64,000 nucleotides of DNA, from NCBI GenBank assembly GCA_050575255.1, contig JBNZDD010013683.1, positions 4,062,456 to 4,126,455 of the forward strand. The letters run 5' to 3'. The DNA comes from Harriotta raleighana. Its lineage: Eukaryota. Position numbers and translations under genes: made by a program. This document shows positions 63,031 through 64,000 of the stretch, one piece after another. Position 1 is the first letter of the stretch. Each line of letters opens with the position of its first letter. Below the pieces are notes generated by a model that was not told the DNA's origin, ran no database searches, and worked only from the letters and a program-made list of their open reading frames with translations.

Positions 63031-64000
63031 TTGAAATCTCAAAAATGGAAATACATTTCAAATAATTTGGCCGCTATTGGTCTGAAAGACCCAATAAAAA
63101 CACTGCAGAAAGTCAGATGTGCATATCTCTTTGTTTCCGAGTTCCCTCGTATTTTGTCTGGTTTAAAAAGGCTTTGAATTCTAGTTTATTAGTGCCAGAA
63201 AGTGTTGACCACCAAGTTGGTTGAATCAAAGTAATAAATGAAGTACTGTACAGGAAATCTTCTGATCCTTTCGAGCCTACTTGCTGTATTCCTTTGATAA
63301 CTTATGGGGTTTACAAGCATATATTGGACACAGGTCAAAACTAGTACTAAAACCACAATTTCCTTTGAACGTGTACATAATTATCCATTGTATGATCAAT
63401 ATGTACATGACTCATGCGCTAAGGGATTGGCCTTCGCTATATCGGATCAGAAATGATAGGTACCATGGGCGTTCAAATTCTCACACTCCAAGGACTCTTT
63501 ACTTTCATGTGGGAGATGTCTACCTCCCAGCAAGAGATAAAATAGAAGTTATAGTCATGATTATATTATCAGAATCACACTGAGAGTTGGGCCAACATTT
63601 AATAATTGATGGCAATCACTGAGTATCTGTTTGAGCGGATTATTTAAGCTTATGCTAAAATAGAGTCCCTACATCATGGTTAAAAGGCCTGCATTGGTAA
63701 TATTACAACCAACAATGAAAGGGCTACTGTTGGACAAGGGTTATTCAGAGGCCATCCACCTCATCCAAGTCACAGATGGCTGTATTTAGCAACGTCTCAA
63801 TAAACAGAAAAGGGCTCTTGGTTTAGTGTTCTGGAGCAGATCCTATTAATGTTTGCAGACAGACTGCAGGCACCATGACATCACACTGTCAGCAACCAGG
63901 GCAAACTTGGATCAGAGGCTTAACAGAAGCCAATGGCATATGGACTGACCTACATCCATTTCATTACTAGCGAGATAGAATCAATGAACTTATCAGCCTG

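Noticed and set aside
7706-63177. Recurrent similar short ORFs (e.g. KRFLRHREDVKSA, VRKLAQGF, LEHSPYK)
   Set aside because: Translations of the repeated SINE, not a protein family.
1-64000. CRISPR array, prokaryotic operon or defence system
   Set aside because: The sequence is intron-rich vertebrate DNA, with no regularly spaced repeat-spacer array and no gene-dense segment.

Overview
AT-rich vertebrate genomic DNA lying inside one large minus-strand gene, neuron navigator 2 (NAV2). The repeat content (young tRNA-derived L2-tailed SINE with a Deu-like core, L2 3' ends with (TTG)n tails, a shark-type CR1 3' end) suggests a cartilaginous fish, probably a chimaera such as Callorhinchus milii (inference). 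I rebuilt six coding exons from GT-AG boundaries and frame continuity: 34109-33992, 30575-30523, 22639-22567, 19740-19476, 14686-14538 and 2123-1037. They total 1745 nt and encode the calponin-homology domain, a Q-rich linker and the SxIP-containing cytoskeleton-interacting region. There is also a 63-nt frame-preserving cassette exon at 17329-17267 that the ORF track misses. The first exon is not recognisable here (34.1-64 kb is intronic) and the gene continues beyond position 1. The rest is intron containing more than 15 copies or fragments of one SINE family, L2 and CR1 3' ends, older Deu-SINE relics, Tigger-like and hAT-like MITEs, microsatellites and small hairpins. Nine single-N joins are each flanked by near-identical duplicates (largest about 2 kb) and look like assembly artefacts. 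I found no convincing novel biological system. The best leads are the regulatory context of the cassette exon and an inverted MITE pair bracketing a frame-preserving exon block.
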